A stretch of 64,000 nucleotides of DNA from Candidatus Marinacidobacterium sp. (GTDB lineage Bacteria; Acidobacteriota; Vicinamibacteria; Marinacidobacterales; Marinacidobacteraceae): NCBI GenBank assembly GCA_965204755.1, contig OZ242011.1, positions 2,144,001 through 2,208,000 of the forward strand. Direction: 5' to 3'. The notes beneath the pieces are model-generated. The model did not search any database, had not been told where the DNA came from, and was given only the letters and a program-made list of their open reading frames with translations. Shown here one piece after another: positions 1-13,367 of the stretch. How positions within the stretch are numbered: the stretch's first letter is position 1; every line of letters begins with the position of its first letter. A program made the position numbers and the translations under genes.

Positions 1-2210
1 TCGGCCACATCGGCCCCGGAAGCCGGCAGCGCGTGCACCGCCGCGAACTCGTGGCGAACCTTCACCGCCCCGCGCACCCGCTCGGCGATCTCCACGGCGA
101 CTTCGTCCTTGGAACGCATCTCGGCGCGCCCCTCGGCGAGTTTGGTGACGGTCGGCTGCGTGTCGAACCACGCCTGCGATTCGTCGCGGTAGAGGTGCGT
201 CGCCCGCGCCGCGAGCCGCCGCAGCGCGTCGTCGAAGACCGCGGACGACTCCCCGGGCAAGGCGCAACCGAGCCGCATCCGCTGGTCGTCGAGTCCGCGC
301 TGCGCGGTGCCCCGCTTCGGCGCGGAACCGAGGAAGATCGTCCGCGCCGCCCGCCGCGCCGCCTTGAGTTTGCCGAGCGCCGGCACTTCGTTGTCCAGAG
401 TGAGCGGCAACGAGTTCGGCCCGTCCACATCGAGCCCGATGATCGGCGTCCAGTTGTCGGTGAGGTAACGCGTGAGTTCCGGCTGCACCCGCGCGTCTTC
501 GATCGGGATCGAGGACGGCAGGATGAGCGGGGACCGGTCGCCGCTCTCCCAGAGGGTATGGATGACCGAAGCCATGAGCCGCAGCACGCCCCGCGTCCGC
601 TGGAACCGCAGCAGCGTGGACCAGTCGTCGTAGAGCCGGTCGAAGACCTCCGGGTGGATCGGGTACGCGGCCCGCAGCCGCGCTTCGTAGTCCGCTTCCC
701 GGCACTTCGGCGGGAACTCTCCCTTGCGCTCGCGGTAGAACCGGGCGAAAGCGCGGGCGGTCAAGTCGCGCTGCTTGAAGTTGTTCGCCGGCAACTCCTG
801 GAACAGCCGCCGCCGCACGATCTCGAAACCCTCTTCCGCGGTGGCCGGCCGCCAGGGCGACGCCACCCGCTCGATCACATTCCGCAACTGCGACAGCGCT
901 TCCCGGCCGCGCACGCCGCCCACTTCGTCGTCCGTCGTTTCCACGACGCTCTCGGAGTGCGGCGACGGCGCCATGTCCGAAGCCGGCAGCGAAACCACCA
1001 CGAGACAGTCGGCCACCTGCTTCGCCGACTCGGTGAGCGTCTGCGCGAAGGTGAACTGCGTCTCGAAGGTACCGCCGGGGAGGGGATCCGAACCGAGTTG
1101 CCGGGCGTACGCCACCCATTCGTCAATGAGGACGAGACACGGGCCGTAGTCGCGGAACAGGTCGGCGAGCGCGCTGCCGGGGTTCGTCGCCCGCTCGTCG
1201 CTGGGCCGGATGCGTTCGTAGGCTTCCTTGCCGCCGAGTTGCCAGGCGAGTTCGCCCCAGAGCGTCCGGACTTCCGTTCCGTCGTCCTTGACCGATGCCT
1301 GTCCGGGCGCGATGCGGTTCCCGACCAGCACCACGCGCCGCGCGCCGCCGGGCAGCGACTGCCCGGTCTCCGCCAGCAGCGCGTCCACTCCCTGCAGGTC
1401 GGCGCTGCCGGCCCCGGAGAACAGGTGGTAGAGCGCGAGCATCGAGTGCGTCTTCCCGCCCCCGAAGTTCGTCTGCAACTCGACGACCGGATCCCCGCCT
1501 TCGCCGCGGAGCCGCCGCACCGCATCGGTGAGCAGCGTCCGCAGGCTGTCCGTCAGGTAGGTGCGCCGGAAGAATTCGCTCGGTTTTCGGTATTCGTCCG
1601 CGCCTTCGCCCTGGTGCACCTGCCAGAGGTCCGCGGCGAACTCCGCCTCCCGGTACCTTCCGGTGGCCACATCCGGATGCGGTTCGATGAGGTCGCGCCA
1701 CGGCTTCGCCCCGCCTGCGGGTTCGCTCTCGATGAGCGGTTTCCGCGCCCGCTGCTTTTCGATGTTGCGCCGCTGTTCCTCGAACCGCTGCCGCAGCATC
1801 TCCGTCTTGATCGGTTCGAGTTCCCCCGCCTCCGGCGCGGAGACGGCGGTGAGCAGCCGCACCGCCGAGTCGATCGCCCGGTAGGCCTCGTCGCTGGAGA
1901 ACTGCTTCTGGTGCGCCCAGTTGTTCCGGTGCCCCCGGAGTTCGGACACCAGACTGCGCTCCGCCGCGCCGAGCACCGCCCGGAACACCGGATTCCACAG
2001 GTCCCACATCGCCCGCAGCAGCGCCGCGGCGTCCCACCGCGCGAGCGGCTCCCTCGCCTGCTTCGGGTTGTCCGCGACGGCGCGCACCACCTCGCGCCCG
2101 ACCTTCCCCTCGCGGATCGCCCGCTGCACCTCCCGCTCGACGAAGGGCGCCAGCCCCCGCCGCAGGAGTTCCAGCCCCTGCTCGACTCGTCCTCGATTCG
2201 TGGTGGCCAT
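1..2210 (-). CDS. DUF499-family AAA+ ATPase with N-terminal Swt1-like HEPN domain (3' end runs off the window)
   Basis: Manual minus-strand translation from ATG 2210 gives MATTNRGRVEQGLELLRRGLAPFVERE, a HEPN-like RNNWAH, KPWRDLIEPHPDV..EFAADLWQV, Walker A LQTNFGGGKTHSMLALYHL and Walker B LIDEW. It is absent from the ORF track because there is no stop in the window. Confidence 0.9.
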   Translation of the reverse strand, partial: MATTNRGRVEQGLELLRRGLAPFVEREVQRAIREGKVGREVVRAVADNPKQAREPLARWDAAALLRAMWDLWNPVFRAVLGAAERSLVSELRGHRNNWAHQKQFSSDEAYRAIDSAVRLLTAVSAPEAGELEPIKTEMLRQRFEEQRRNIEKQRARKPLIESEPAGGAKPWRDLIEPHPDVATGRYREAEFAADLWQVHQGEGADEYRKPSEFFRRTYLTDSLRTLLTDAVRRLRGEGGDPVVELQTNFGGGKTHSMLALYHLFSGAGSADLQGVDALLAETGQSLPGGARRVVLVGNRIAPGQASVKDDGTEVRTLWGELAWQLGGKEAYERIRPSDERATNPGSALADLFRDYGPCLVLIDEWVAYARQLGSDPLPGGTFETQFTFAQTLTESAKQVADCLVVVSLPASDMAPSPHSESVVETTDDEVGGVRGREALSQLRNVIERVASPWRPATAEEGFEIVRRRLFQELPANNFKQRDLTARAFARFYRERKGEFPPKCREADYEARLRAAYPIHPEVFDRLYDDWSTLLRFQRTRGVLRLMASVIHTLWESGDRSPLILPSSIPIEDARVQPELTRYLTDNWTPIIGLDVDGPNSLPLTLDNEVPALGKLKAARRAARTIFLGSAPKRGTAQRGLDDQRMRLGCALPGESSAVFDDALRRLAARATHLYRDESQAWFDTQPTVTKLAEGRAEMRSKDEVAVEIAERVRGAVKVRHEFAAVHALPASGADVA

Positions 2211-2337
2211 GGCGCTCTCAGGAGTCCTCCTCGCTGCGATGTCCCGATCCGGCGCCGCGCCGGTCGAAACGGGGCCGCGAAGTGTACCGGCGGCCGGTCC
2301 CGACTCTCCGGCGATAATGGGCGAGTCGTCTCCGCCG

Positions 2338-3918
2338 ATGCGCTTTTTCAACACCGAGGGCCCGGTGCGGGCGGACAAGCACTACACGCTTCCGCCGCTG
2401 GATCGCATCGACCTCGACCAGGTGCTCGCGCTCATCGGCTTGGAGAAGTACTTCGTTTTCCATGCGCCCCGCCAGACCGGGAAGACGACGACACTGCTCG
2501 CGCTCCGCGACCGGCTGAATTCCGGGGCGGCGGGCGACCTCCGCGCGGTGTACGCGAACCTCGAAGACGCGCAGGCGCTGCGCGAGGAACTGGAGCCGGC
2601 GATGCGCACCGTGCTGGCGCAGATCGCCCGCCAGGAGCGGCTGTTGGGGCACACCTTGCTCACCGACATCTGGCGGGACACCTTCGCCGAGGTCGGCGCC
2701 GGATCCGCCTTCGGCGAGTCGCTGACCCGCTGGTGCCTGGCGAGCCCCCGCCCGCTCGTGCTGCTCCTCGACGAAGTGGATGCTCTCGTCGGCGACACGC
2801 TGCTCTCGCTCCTGCGCCAACTGCGCGCCGGCTACCCCCAGCGACCGGAAGCGTTCCCCCTGAGCGTCGTGCTCTGCGGCGTGCGCGATGTCCGGGACTA
2901 CCGGGTGAAGTGGGCCCCGGACAGGGAAACGAATGAGGGGGGCAGCCCCTTCAACATCCGCGCCGAATCGCTCCGCCTCGGAGACCTGGACGAAGTCGGA
3001 ATCCGCACTCTCCTGGGCCAGCACACGGAAGACACCGGGCAGGCATTCACCGACGAAGCGCTCGCCGCCGTGTGGGAACAGACTCGAGGGCAGCCCTGGC
3101 TGGTCAACGCGCTCGCGTTCCAGGCCTGCTTCCGCGACCCCGCCGGACGGGACCGGAGCCGGATGGTCACCGCCGACCACATCCTGAACGCCCGCGAGGC
3201 GCTCATCCGGCGGCGCGAAACCCACCTCGACCAACTCGGCGCCCGCCTGCGACAGGAGCGCGTCCGGCGGGTGATCGAACCGCTGCTCACCGGCGCCAGC
3301 GTGGACGACTCCACCGCAGCGGACATCGAGTACTCGCGGGACCTCGGCCTGATCGCGTCCGACGACCCGATACGGATCACCAATCCGATCTACCGGGAGG
3401 TGATCCCGCGAGAGTTGACCGGCCGCGTGCAATCCAAGTTGGCCCAACAGCGGACGGCCTGGTTCGTGACGGAAGACGGCGGCCTCGATATGCCGCGTCT
3501 GCTGAGCCGGTTCCAGAAGTACTTCCGCGAGCACTCCGAACACTGGATCAGCCGCTTCGACTACGAGGAAGCCGGCCCGCAACTGCTGCTGCAGGCGTTC
3601 TGCCAGCGCGTCGTCAACAGCGGCGGCCGCATCGAGCGGGAGTACGGCCTCGGCAGAGGCCGGACCGATCTGCTGCTGATGTGGCCCGGAGCCGATGGCT
3701 GGCGGAAGTTCGTGGTGGAGTGCAAAGTCCGCCACGGCAGCCGGGCGGAAACGGAACGCCGGGGCTTGGAACAGACGGCAGCGTATATGGATCGCTGCGG
3801 CGCCGAGTCCGGCCACCTCGTGATCTTCGACCGCCACGCCAAACGCACCTGGAGGGAGAAGATCTACCGCAAGGAGGCCGAAGTGGACGGCTCTCCCATC
3901 ACCATCTGGGGGATGTAG
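2338..3918 (+). CDS. AAA-like ATPase with C-terminal PD-(D/E)XK nuclease-like domain
   Basis: MRFFNTEGP N-terminus, Walker A HAPRQTGKTT, Walker B LLLDEVD, C-terminal REYGLGRGRTDLL...FVVECK. Alternative in-frame ATG at 2317. Confidence 0.85.
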   Translation: MRFFNTEGPVRADKHYTLPPLDRIDLDQVLALIGLEKYFVFHAPRQTGKTTTLLALRDRLNSGAAGDLRAVYANLEDAQALREELEPAMRTVLAQIARQERLLGHTLLTDIWRDTFAEVGAGSAFGESLTRWCLASPRPLVLLLDEVDALVGDTLLSLLRQLRAGYPQRPEAFPLSVVLCGVRDVRDYRVKWAPDRETNEGGSPFNIRAESLRLGDLDEVGIRTLLGQHTEDTGQAFTDEALAAVWEQTRGQPWLVNALAFQACFRDPAGRDRSRMVTADHILNAREALIRRRETHLDQLGARLRQERVRRVIEPLLTGASVDDSTAADIEYSRDLGLIASDDPIRITNPIYREVIPRELTGRVQSKLAQQRTAWFVTEDGGLDMPRLLSRFQKYFREHSEHWISRFDYEEAGPQLLLQAFCQRVVNSGGRIEREYGLGRGRTDLLLMWPGADGWRKFVVECKVRHGSRAETERRGLEQTAAYMDRCGAESGHLVIFDRHAKRTWREKIYRKEAEVDGSPITIWGM

Positions 3919-4009
3919 TCACATCATTTGGTGTTTTCGGTGCCGATAGAGCTACTCACTCGAACTGAACCCGGGGGATCTCGGTACCCGCTGTTGCGGA
4001 GGGCACGAA

Positions 4010-4261
4010 ATGACACACACTTGGTGCGGACTCAGGAGTCTGAGCGATGAGAAACTCGTCGAATGTCACGACGGCCTCCTCAAGAGCATGAACTTTGCCG
4101 CAACTGTGGCCTACTACCAGGCGGAGTTGCGACATCGGGAGCAGTTGCGTCTCGCTGAGAGCACGACAAGGTTCACCAAGAGAATCTTCTGGCTGACGGT
4201 GGCTATTGCGTTCTTCACCGTCGTGAATGTCGGAATCGTGGCTTGGGTTGCTACTCGGTAA
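4010..4261 (+). CDS. small hypothetical membrane protein
   Basis: 83-aa ORF preceded by GGAGG, with a C-terminal hydrophobic helix IFWLTVAIAFFTVVNVGIVAWVA, in lower-GC DNA. Confidence 0.55.
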   Translation: MTHTWCGLRSLSDEKLVECHDGLLKSMNFAATVAYYQAELRHREQLRLAESTTRFTKRIFWLTVAIAFFTVVNVGIVAWVATR

Positions 4262-4314
4262 GTCGGAACATTCGACCAAGACCGCCGTCATGTCGAGGCG
4301 TTTACCGAGCGGTG

Positions 4315-7232
<2,918 letters not shown>

Positions 7233-7248
7233 GACGAAGTCGGACGCT

Positions 7249-8229
7249 CTACGCCATCGCGGGCTGTGGGGCCCGTGACTCCCAGAGTTCCATTTCGCGC
7301 CGGACGATGGCCGTGAGCGGTTTCTCGCCCATCTCCAACACTCGGTTGCGGCGCAAGCCGGCGCAGAATTCCTCGGCCTCGGCGTAACTGATGGGGCCGA
7401 GGGCCGCGGCCAGCCGCTGGGGACTCACACCCAGGGACTCGCCGATGTCGTCGGCGAACTTCTCGAAGTAGCGGGCGATCTGCTCGGAACTCGGCGCCGG
7501 CAACTCCAGACGCAGTTGGAAGCGGCGCCAAACGGCGCGATCCAGAAGTTCCGAGTGGTTCGATGCAGCGACGACGATCGTGTAACTCGGCAGGTCGTCC
7601 ACCTGCATCAGCAGCGAGGTCACGACTCGCTTGATCTCGCCGGTCTCGTTCACATCACCCCGTTCCTTGCCGACGGCGTCGAATTCGTCGAAGAACAGGA
7701 CGCACGGCGTGGTCCGCGCGTAGTCGAAGACCCGCCGCAGTCTGGTGGCGGTCTCGCCGAGGAAACTGCCGATGATGGCGTCGTAGCGAACGACGAAGAA
7801 CTCGACTCCGAGCGCCTCGGCGATCGCCTCCGCCAGCGAAGTCTTGCCGTTGCCCGGAGGGCCGACGAGGAGGACCCGGTGGCGGGGCTCGAGGCCGTGG
7901 GCGCGCAGGAGATCGGCGCGATGCTGCTCTTCGACGAGGCGATGACAGGCCCGTTCGCACATCGGCGGCAGGAACAGGTCGTCGAACCGCTTCGTGGGCG
8001 TCGTCCGGAGCAAATACTCTCGCGCCTTGGGCGGGCGGCCGTTGACCGGAAAGCCGGTCCGGCCGGCGCTGCCGTTCGCGTGGAGCGCCCGGGAGAGGCG
8101 GTCGGCGAGGATGTTGTGCTGCTTGGCCCGCTCCTCGGCGATGAGGGCTTCGACGGTCTTGGCCAATTCGCGGCTGTTGCCTTCGACTCCCGCTCGCACC
8201 AGCGAAACGAGCAGATCGCTACGAGCCAC
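7249..8229 (-). CDS. AAA-family ATPase (IetA-like)
   Basis: GTG 8229 after GGGAGG; [32 protein letters not shown]; Walker [10 protein letters not shown]; Walker B LFFDEFD; GEIKRVV; [11 protein letters not shown]. Confidence 0.88.
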   Translation of the reverse strand: MARSDLLVSLVRAGVEGNSRELAKTVEALIAEERAKQHNILADRLSRALHANGSAGRTGFPVNGRPPKAREYLLRTTPTKRFDDLFLPPMCERACHRLVEEQHRADLLRAHGLEPRHRVLLVGPPGNGKTSLAEAIAEALGVEFFVVRYDAIIGSFLGETATRLRRVFDYARTTPCVLFFDEFDAVGKERGDVNETGEIKRVVTSLLMQVDDLPSYTIVVAASNHSELLDRAVWRRFQLRLELPAPSSEQIARYFEKFADDIGESLGVSPQRLAAALGPISYAEAEEFCAGLRRNRVLEMGEKPLTAIVRREMELWESRAPQPAMA

Positions 8230-8803
8230 GGCGGCCTCCCCGGCGCTCGAGCGTCGCGGGCAGCGTCGCGCGAGGAACGGCGTCGGTCGCGGGTGGGCGC
8301 GTGGCCGGCGGTCCCGTGGCGTCGCCCGGCGCGGCTGCGGGAACCGTGACGGCGGTCGCGCCCTTTCTCGTCTGCTCGTCCGCGTCCGCCAAGTCGCGGA
8401 AGGCCTCACGGAGGAAACCGTCCGGCAGATCGGAAGCACTCGCGTACTTGGCGCGCAGGCCGCGCCGATGGATGAACCCGAGGCACAGGACGCTTCCGTC
8501 CGCCTCGCAGATGACGATGACAGAGTGCCTGGTCTTCGTGGTGGCATCGAGGGCGATCTCACCGTCGAACAGCGGATACGCCGAAAGGCGTTGGGGAAAC
8601 AGTCGGTAGAGCCGCGGAAGCAGAAACCGCGCGTTGCGCCGCGCCGACGGTGACGGCAGGGGCCACCCGTTCTCCTCGGCGTCCTCGTCGGCCTCCTCAA
8701 GTTCCCGGAGCGCGTCGCCGAGGTCGGGGTGGATTCCGCTCTCCGCCTCGACGAGCCGTTCCCCGGATCGCTCCGGAACCGAGCAGCGCGGGGATGAGGA
8801 CAC
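8219..8803 (-). CDS. hypothetical protein
   Basis: Protein-like core (DALRELEEADEDAEENGWPLPS...DGEIALD...VICEADGSVLC...LPDGFLREA) overlapping the ATPase start. Start codon uncertain. Confidence 0.6.
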   Translation of the reverse strand: MSSSPRCSVPERSGERLVEAESGIHPDLGDALRELEEADEDAEENGWPLPSPSARRNARFLLPRLYRLFPQRLSAYPLFDGEIALDATTKTRHSVIVICEADGSVLCLGFIHRRGLRAKYASASDLPDGFLREAFRDLADADEQTRKGATAVTVPAAAPGDATGPPATRPPATDAVPRATLPATLERRGGRRGS

Positions 8804-9070
8804 GAGGTGGTGGAAGAGACGGTCCGGCGCGACTGCGGAATGTCCCGTGATCGCTGCTGCGGCAGCGGATTCTACGACGCGGGGAACCTGCCGCTCCGCC
8901 GTCGCGGGCGCTCTGCGCTGTCGGGATGGACCGAGACCGCTCGGGACCTCGCGCGGCCTTCGCGGGCGCCCGGCGGCTCATCCGTTTGGGAGAGAATCCC
9001 CGGCCTTGAACCGACGCGACAGCCGCCGCCGGCGCACCGCGGCGACTCCTCCGGCGGGGTGTCCGCGCCC

Positions 9071-11887
9071 ATGACCGCGCGGGCCGCCGGGCGGGGCGCG
9101 GCCTCCGGCGGCGCCGGGACGCTCTCGGCGTTCGAAGGCGCGGACACGACGCTGGTCGCCGACCTGACCCCCGGCGGCGAGATCGTCCTCCGCTACGGCG
9201 CGGACGAGTCCGGGCAGGACTGGCCCGGGGAGCCCGGGAACTACATCCGCGCCGCCTTCACCTCGGACCGGGTCGCCGAGGCCTTCGCCGAAGGCCGGGC
9301 CGCCGGGGTCCTCCATCTCGGGGCCGCGGAATCTCGCACCCACCTCCACCCGACCCTCGGTTGGTGGCGGGACCTGGGAGGGGCCTTCGTCGCGGCCGCC
9401 TGCGCCGCGCTCGATCCGCTGAATCCGGAAGAGCCGGCGAGGCCGGAGCCGGACCGCGCGTGGCTGCAGCAACACGCGCTCTCCGCTCCGCCGATGGTCG
9501 GCGCGGAGACGGTTTCGCCGGCGCTTCTCCGCGAAGTCTGGGCGGAACTGGTGGACGCGCTCGCCGAGCGGGGCGGGGATACGCCGGGAGGCGCGGCGGC
9601 GTGGCTGCGGGAGCAGGACGAGCGATGGCATTCCGTGGGGCGGGTCTGGCTCCACCTCGCCGAGAATCGCCGCGATCCGGAACGGCCGTTCGCATTCCTC
9701 GCGACCTATGTGCACCGCGCCACCGGGCAGGCGGAGCCGGTGCACCTGCCGCTCCACCGCGCGCAGACGGAATACGCCGCCAAACGCGACCGCGGCAAGT
9801 TGCTCAACCTGCTCGAGCCGCTCAGCCGCGCGGCCGACGAAAGCGACCTGATCCGCGAACTGATCGCGTCCGGGCGCATCTACCGGCCCATACCCTGGAC
9901 TTCGGAAGAGGCGCTCCGTTTCCTCCGGGAAACCGACCTCTACGAAAACGCCGGACTCGTCGTCTCCACGCCCGATTGGTGGAATCGCAGGCAGCGGCCC
10001 CGGCCGCAGGTGCAGGCGACCGTGGGCGCCCGGCCGCCCTCCCGCCTGGGTATGGACGCGCTGCTGGACTTCGACATCCGTCTCACGCTGGGCGGCGAGC
10101 GGCTGACCGCCGCCGAAGCGAAACGCCTGCTGCGGGGAACCGAGGGACTCCAGTTGATCCGCGGCAAGTGGGTGGAGGTGGATTCCGAGCGCCTGCGCGA
10201 GGTATTGGCCGCGTGGGATGCGGTGCAGGAACGAATCGAACGGGACGGGCTCGACTTCGCGGAGGCGATGCGCCTGCTCAGCGGGATGGAGTTCCCCGAA
10301 GACGACGGGGGCGGCGTGATGCCGGAACGCACGGTCGCTGCGTGGTCGGAGGTCGTTCCCGGCGACTGGCTCCGGGAGCGGCTCGCCGAGATCCGGGACG
10401 CGCGGCCGGCGGGGGAGAGCGCCCGCGAAGCCGGTCTCCGCGCCACGCTCCGCCCTTACCAGGAGCGGGGCGTCGGTTGGCTGCTCACGCTGCGCGCGTT
10501 GGGGCTCGGCGGCTGCCTGGCCGACGACATGGGGCTCGGCAAGACGGTGCAGGCGCTCGCGGCGCTCCTCGTCGCCAAGGCGGGCGGCGAAACCGGCACG
10601 GCCCTGCTGGTGGCGCCGGCGTCGCTGCTCGAGAACTGGCGGCGGGAAGCGCAGCGGTTCGCGCCGGGTCTCTCGGTGCTGGTGGCGCATCCGTCGCGGA
10701 TGCCGGCCGCGAAACTCGGGAAACTCTCCGCCAAACGGCTCGGCGGCGTGGATGTGGTCCTCACGACTTACGGCACGGTGCTGCGCCACGCCTGGATGCG
10801 GCGCTGCCGTTGGCGGACCGTCGCGCTCGACGAGGCGCAGGCGATCAAGAACCCGGGCGCCAAGCAGACGCGCGCGGTGAAGTCGCTTCGCGCCGACTGG
10901 AAACTGGCGTTGACCGGGACGCCCATCGAAAACCGGTTGACCGATCTCTGGTCGCTCTTCGACTTCCTGAACCCCGGTTTGCTCGGCGCGGAGCCCGGGT
11001 TCCGGCGGCGGTGCCGGGCGATGGCGCAGGATCGGGAACGCGGTTACCGGCCGCTGCGGGAGTTGGTGCGTCCGTACATCCTCCGCCGGTTGAAGACCGA
11101 CAAGGACATCGTTTCCGACCTGCCGGACAAGTCGGAGGTGAACGCCTGGTGCTCGCTCAGCCGGATGCAGGCGGCGCTCTACGCGCAGTCGGTGTCCGAG
11201 ATGGAGCAGCGCGTCCGCGAGGCGGAAGGCATCGAGCGGCGCGGCATCGTCCTGCAGTTCCTCATGCGGCTGAAGCAGATCTGCAACCACCCTTCGCAGT
11301 GGCTCGGCGACTTGGACTTCGACCCGAAGGCGAGCGGGAAGTTCGGGCGGCTGCGGGAGATCGGCGAGTCCATCGCCTCGCGCCAGCAGAAGGCGCTGGT
11401 GTTCACGCAGTTCCGCTCGCTCACCGGGCCGCTCGCGCAGTTCCTGGCCGAAGTGTTCGGCAGGGAAGGGCTGACGCTCCACGGGGGTACGCCGGTGAAA
11501 AGGCGCGCCGAGATCGTCCGGCGGTTCCAGGAAGACGAGCGGACGCCGTTCCTGCTGCTGTCGCTCAAGGCGGGTGGGGTCGGGCTGAACCTGACCGCGG
11601 CCTCGCATGTGATCCACTTCGACCGCTGGTGGAACCCCGCGGTGGAGGACCAGGCCACCGACCGGGCCTACCGCATCGGCCAGCACCGGAATGTGCTGGT
11701 GCACAAGTTCGTCTGCCGGGGGACGCTCGAAGAGCGCATCCACCAGATGATCCAGGACAAGCGCGAACTCTCCGGCGAAGTGCTGTCTTCCGGCAAGGAG
11801 ATCTCGTTCACCGAACTGGGCGACGACGAGTTGACCGACCTGGTGAGGTTGGACCTGGACCGGGCCGTCGAGGCGGAGGCGGCCTGA
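9071..11887 (+). CDS. SNF2/SWI2-family helicase (SWIM-associated type)
   Basis: LRPYQ, LADDMGLGKT, LDEAQAIKN, ALTGTPIEN, LKQICNHP, LSLKAGGVGLNLT, WWNPAVEDQATDRAYRIGQ. Confidence 0.95.
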   Translation: MTARAAGRGAASGGAGTLSAFEGADTTLVADLTPGGEIVLRYGADESGQDWPGEPGNYIRAAFTSDRVAEAFAEGRAAGVLHLGAAESRTHLHPTLGWWRDLGGAFVAAACAALDPLNPEEPARPEPDRAWLQQHALSAPPMVGAETVSPALLREVWAELVDALAERGGDTPGGAAAWLREQDERWHSVGRVWLHLAENRRDPERPFAFLATYVHRATGQAEPVHLPLHRAQTEYAAKRDRGKLLNLLEPLSRAADESDLIRELIASGRIYRPIPWTSEEALRFLRETDLYENAGLVVSTPDWWNRRQRPRPQVQATVGARPPSRLGMDALLDFDIRLTLGGERLTAAEAKRLLRGTEGLQLIRGKWVEVDSERLREVLAAWDAVQERIERDGLDFAEAMRLLSGMEFPEDDGGGVMPERTVAAWSEVVPGDWLRERLAEIRDARPAGESAREAGLRATLRPYQERGVGWLLTLRALGLGGCLADDMGLGKTVQALAALLVAKAGGETGTALLVAPASLLENWRREAQRFAPGLSVLVAHPSRMPAAKLGKLSAKRLGGVDVVLTTYGTVLRHAWMRRCRWRTVALDEAQAIKNPGAKQTRAVKSLRADWKLALTGTPIENRLTDLWSLFDFLNPGLLGAEPGFRRRCRAMAQDRERGYRPLRELVRPYILRRLKTDKDIVSDLPDKSEVNAWCSLSRMQAALYAQSVSEMEQRVREAEGIERRGIVLQFLMRLKQICNHPSQWLGDLDFDPKASGKFGRLREIGESIASRQQKALVFTQFRSLTGPLAQFLAEVFGREGLTLHGGTPVKRRAEIVRRFQEDERTPFLLLSLKAGGVGLNLTAASHVIHFDRWWNPAVEDQATDRAYRIGQHRNVLVHKFVCRGTLEERIHQMIQDKRELSGEVLSSGKEISFTELGDDELTDLVRLDLDRAVEAEAA

Positions 11888-11927
11888 CGCTTCGGCGTTG
11901 CGGAATCCGTCGGCGGGGAAGCGTTCG

Positions 11928-13160
11928 ATGGCTCGGTACGGCCGACGGCGGTACTGGGACGCCTTCGCCCAGCCCTCCACCTACATGGTGGGCGCGCGGG
12001 CTCTCGAGGCCAAACTGGCGTTGAAGGCCGAGGGCCTGGAGTTGTCGCCGGTGGAGCCGGTGCGAGGACACCGCATCGCCGCGACCTTCTGGGGGCAGGC
12101 GTGGTGCCGCAACCTGACCCGGTACAGCGACTACGAGAACCGGATGCCCCGGGGGCGCTCCTATGTCCGGCACGGCTCGGTCGTCCACCTGGAGGTGGAG
12201 CCGGGGGAAATCCATGCGCTGGTCAGCGGGAGCGACCTCTACCGGGTAACGATCCGCATCGAACCGCTCGCCCGGAAGCAGTGGGACGCCATTCTCGGCC
12301 AGTGCGCCGGGGAGATCGAGGACTTGGTGCACCTGCTCCGGGGGGAGCCGCCGAAGCGGGTGATGGAGATCGTTACCCGGCCCGGTGACGGTCTTTTCCC
12401 GACGCCGAAGGAGATCGAACTCGACTGTTCCTGCCCGGACTGGGCGGACATGTGCAAGCACGCGGCGGCGGTGTTGTACGGGGTCGGCGTTCGGCTCGAC
12501 CACGACCCGGAGCAGTTGTTCCGGCTGCGGAGCGTCGATCCGAACGACCTGGTGTCCGCCGTGCCGGATGCGGCGGAGTCGGGCGAGGACGACGCGCTCG
12601 CCGGCGAGGACCTGTCCGCGCTGTTCGGCATCCGGTTGGAAGAGGAGGATTCGCCGGCGACCTCGGGCGCGCCGGGGTCGATGGGGGCTGTTCGGCGAAA
12701 GGTGTCGCGCAAGAAGGTGACGCGCAAGAAGGCGGCGCGCAAGAAGGCGACGCGGAAGAAGGTGACGCGCAAGAAAGCCGTCCGCAAGAAGAGCGGCGCC
12801 ACTCGGAAGAAGGCGACCGGCGCGGCGGCCCGGAAGGTCGCTCGCAAGAAGATCGGCGGCGGCGCGGCGGTGACGAAGAAGGCGACCCGGAAGAAGGTCG
12901 CGTCGGTCACGACGGTGAGGAAGAAGGCGACCCGCAAGAAGACGGCGGCGCGCAAGAAGGCGGTTCGCAAGAAGGCCGCGACGACGACCGCGCCGAAGAA
13001 GGCGACCCGGAAGAAGACGACGACCCGGAAGAAGGTCGCGCGGAAGAAGACGACCATCCGGAGGAAGACGACCACCCGGAAGACGGCGTCGCGGAAGAAA
13101 GCCGTCCGCAGGAAGGCGGCGCGGAAGAAGGCGGTTCGCAGGAAGACGGCAGGGCGGTAA
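11928..13160 (+). CDS. SWIM zinc-finger protein with C-terminal Lys/Arg-rich histone-H1-like tail
   Basis: FWGQAWC, NRMPRGRSYVR and SWIM motif CSCPDWADMCKH; the last ~155 aa are RKKxx repeats. Confidence 0.9.
   Translation: MARYGRRRYWDAFAQPSTYMVGARALEAKLALKAEGLELSPVEPVRGHRIAATFWGQAWCRNLTRYSDYENRMPRGRSYVRHGSVVHLEVEPGEIHALVSGSDLYRVTIRIEPLARKQWDAILGQCAGEIEDLVHLLRGEPPKRVMEIVTRPGDGLFPTPKEIELDCSCPDWADMCKHAAAVLYGVGVRLDHDPEQLFRLRSVDPNDLVSAVPDAAESGEDDALAGEDLSALFGIRLEEEDSPATSGAPGSMGAVRRKVSRKKVTRKKAARKKATRKKVTRKKAVRKKSGATRKKATGAAARKVARKKIGGGAAVTKKATRKKVASVTTVRKKATRKKTAARKKAVRKKAATTTAPKKATRKKTTTRKKVARKKTTIRRKTTTRKTASRKKAVRRKAARKKAVRRKTAGR
12693..13157 (+). repeat. coding degenerate repeat, about 25 RKK(A/V/T)(T/V/A) units
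   Basis: Recurrent cgcaagaag/cggaagaag every 15-30 nt. Confidence 0.9.
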
Positions 13161-13367
13161 CCGGGCGGTAGCCGGGCCCCGCGGACCTCGGCCTCCGGGC
13201 CCTCGCGCGGCATCGGCGGCCCGGCGAAGAAGGCCGCCGGCCGCCCCCCTCGCCCCCCGAAACCCCGCCCGCTCCCGACCCCGGCGCCCCGCGTTCGCCT
13301 CCCCGCGCCGCGCCGCCGAACCCCCGCCCGAACCGCCTTCCCCGGCGTACCATTCGCGCCGCTTGCC

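Noticed and set aside
33-2936. 967-aa plus-strand ORF
   Set aside because: It is the antisense shadow of the DUF499 gene, Arg/Pro-rich with no motifs.
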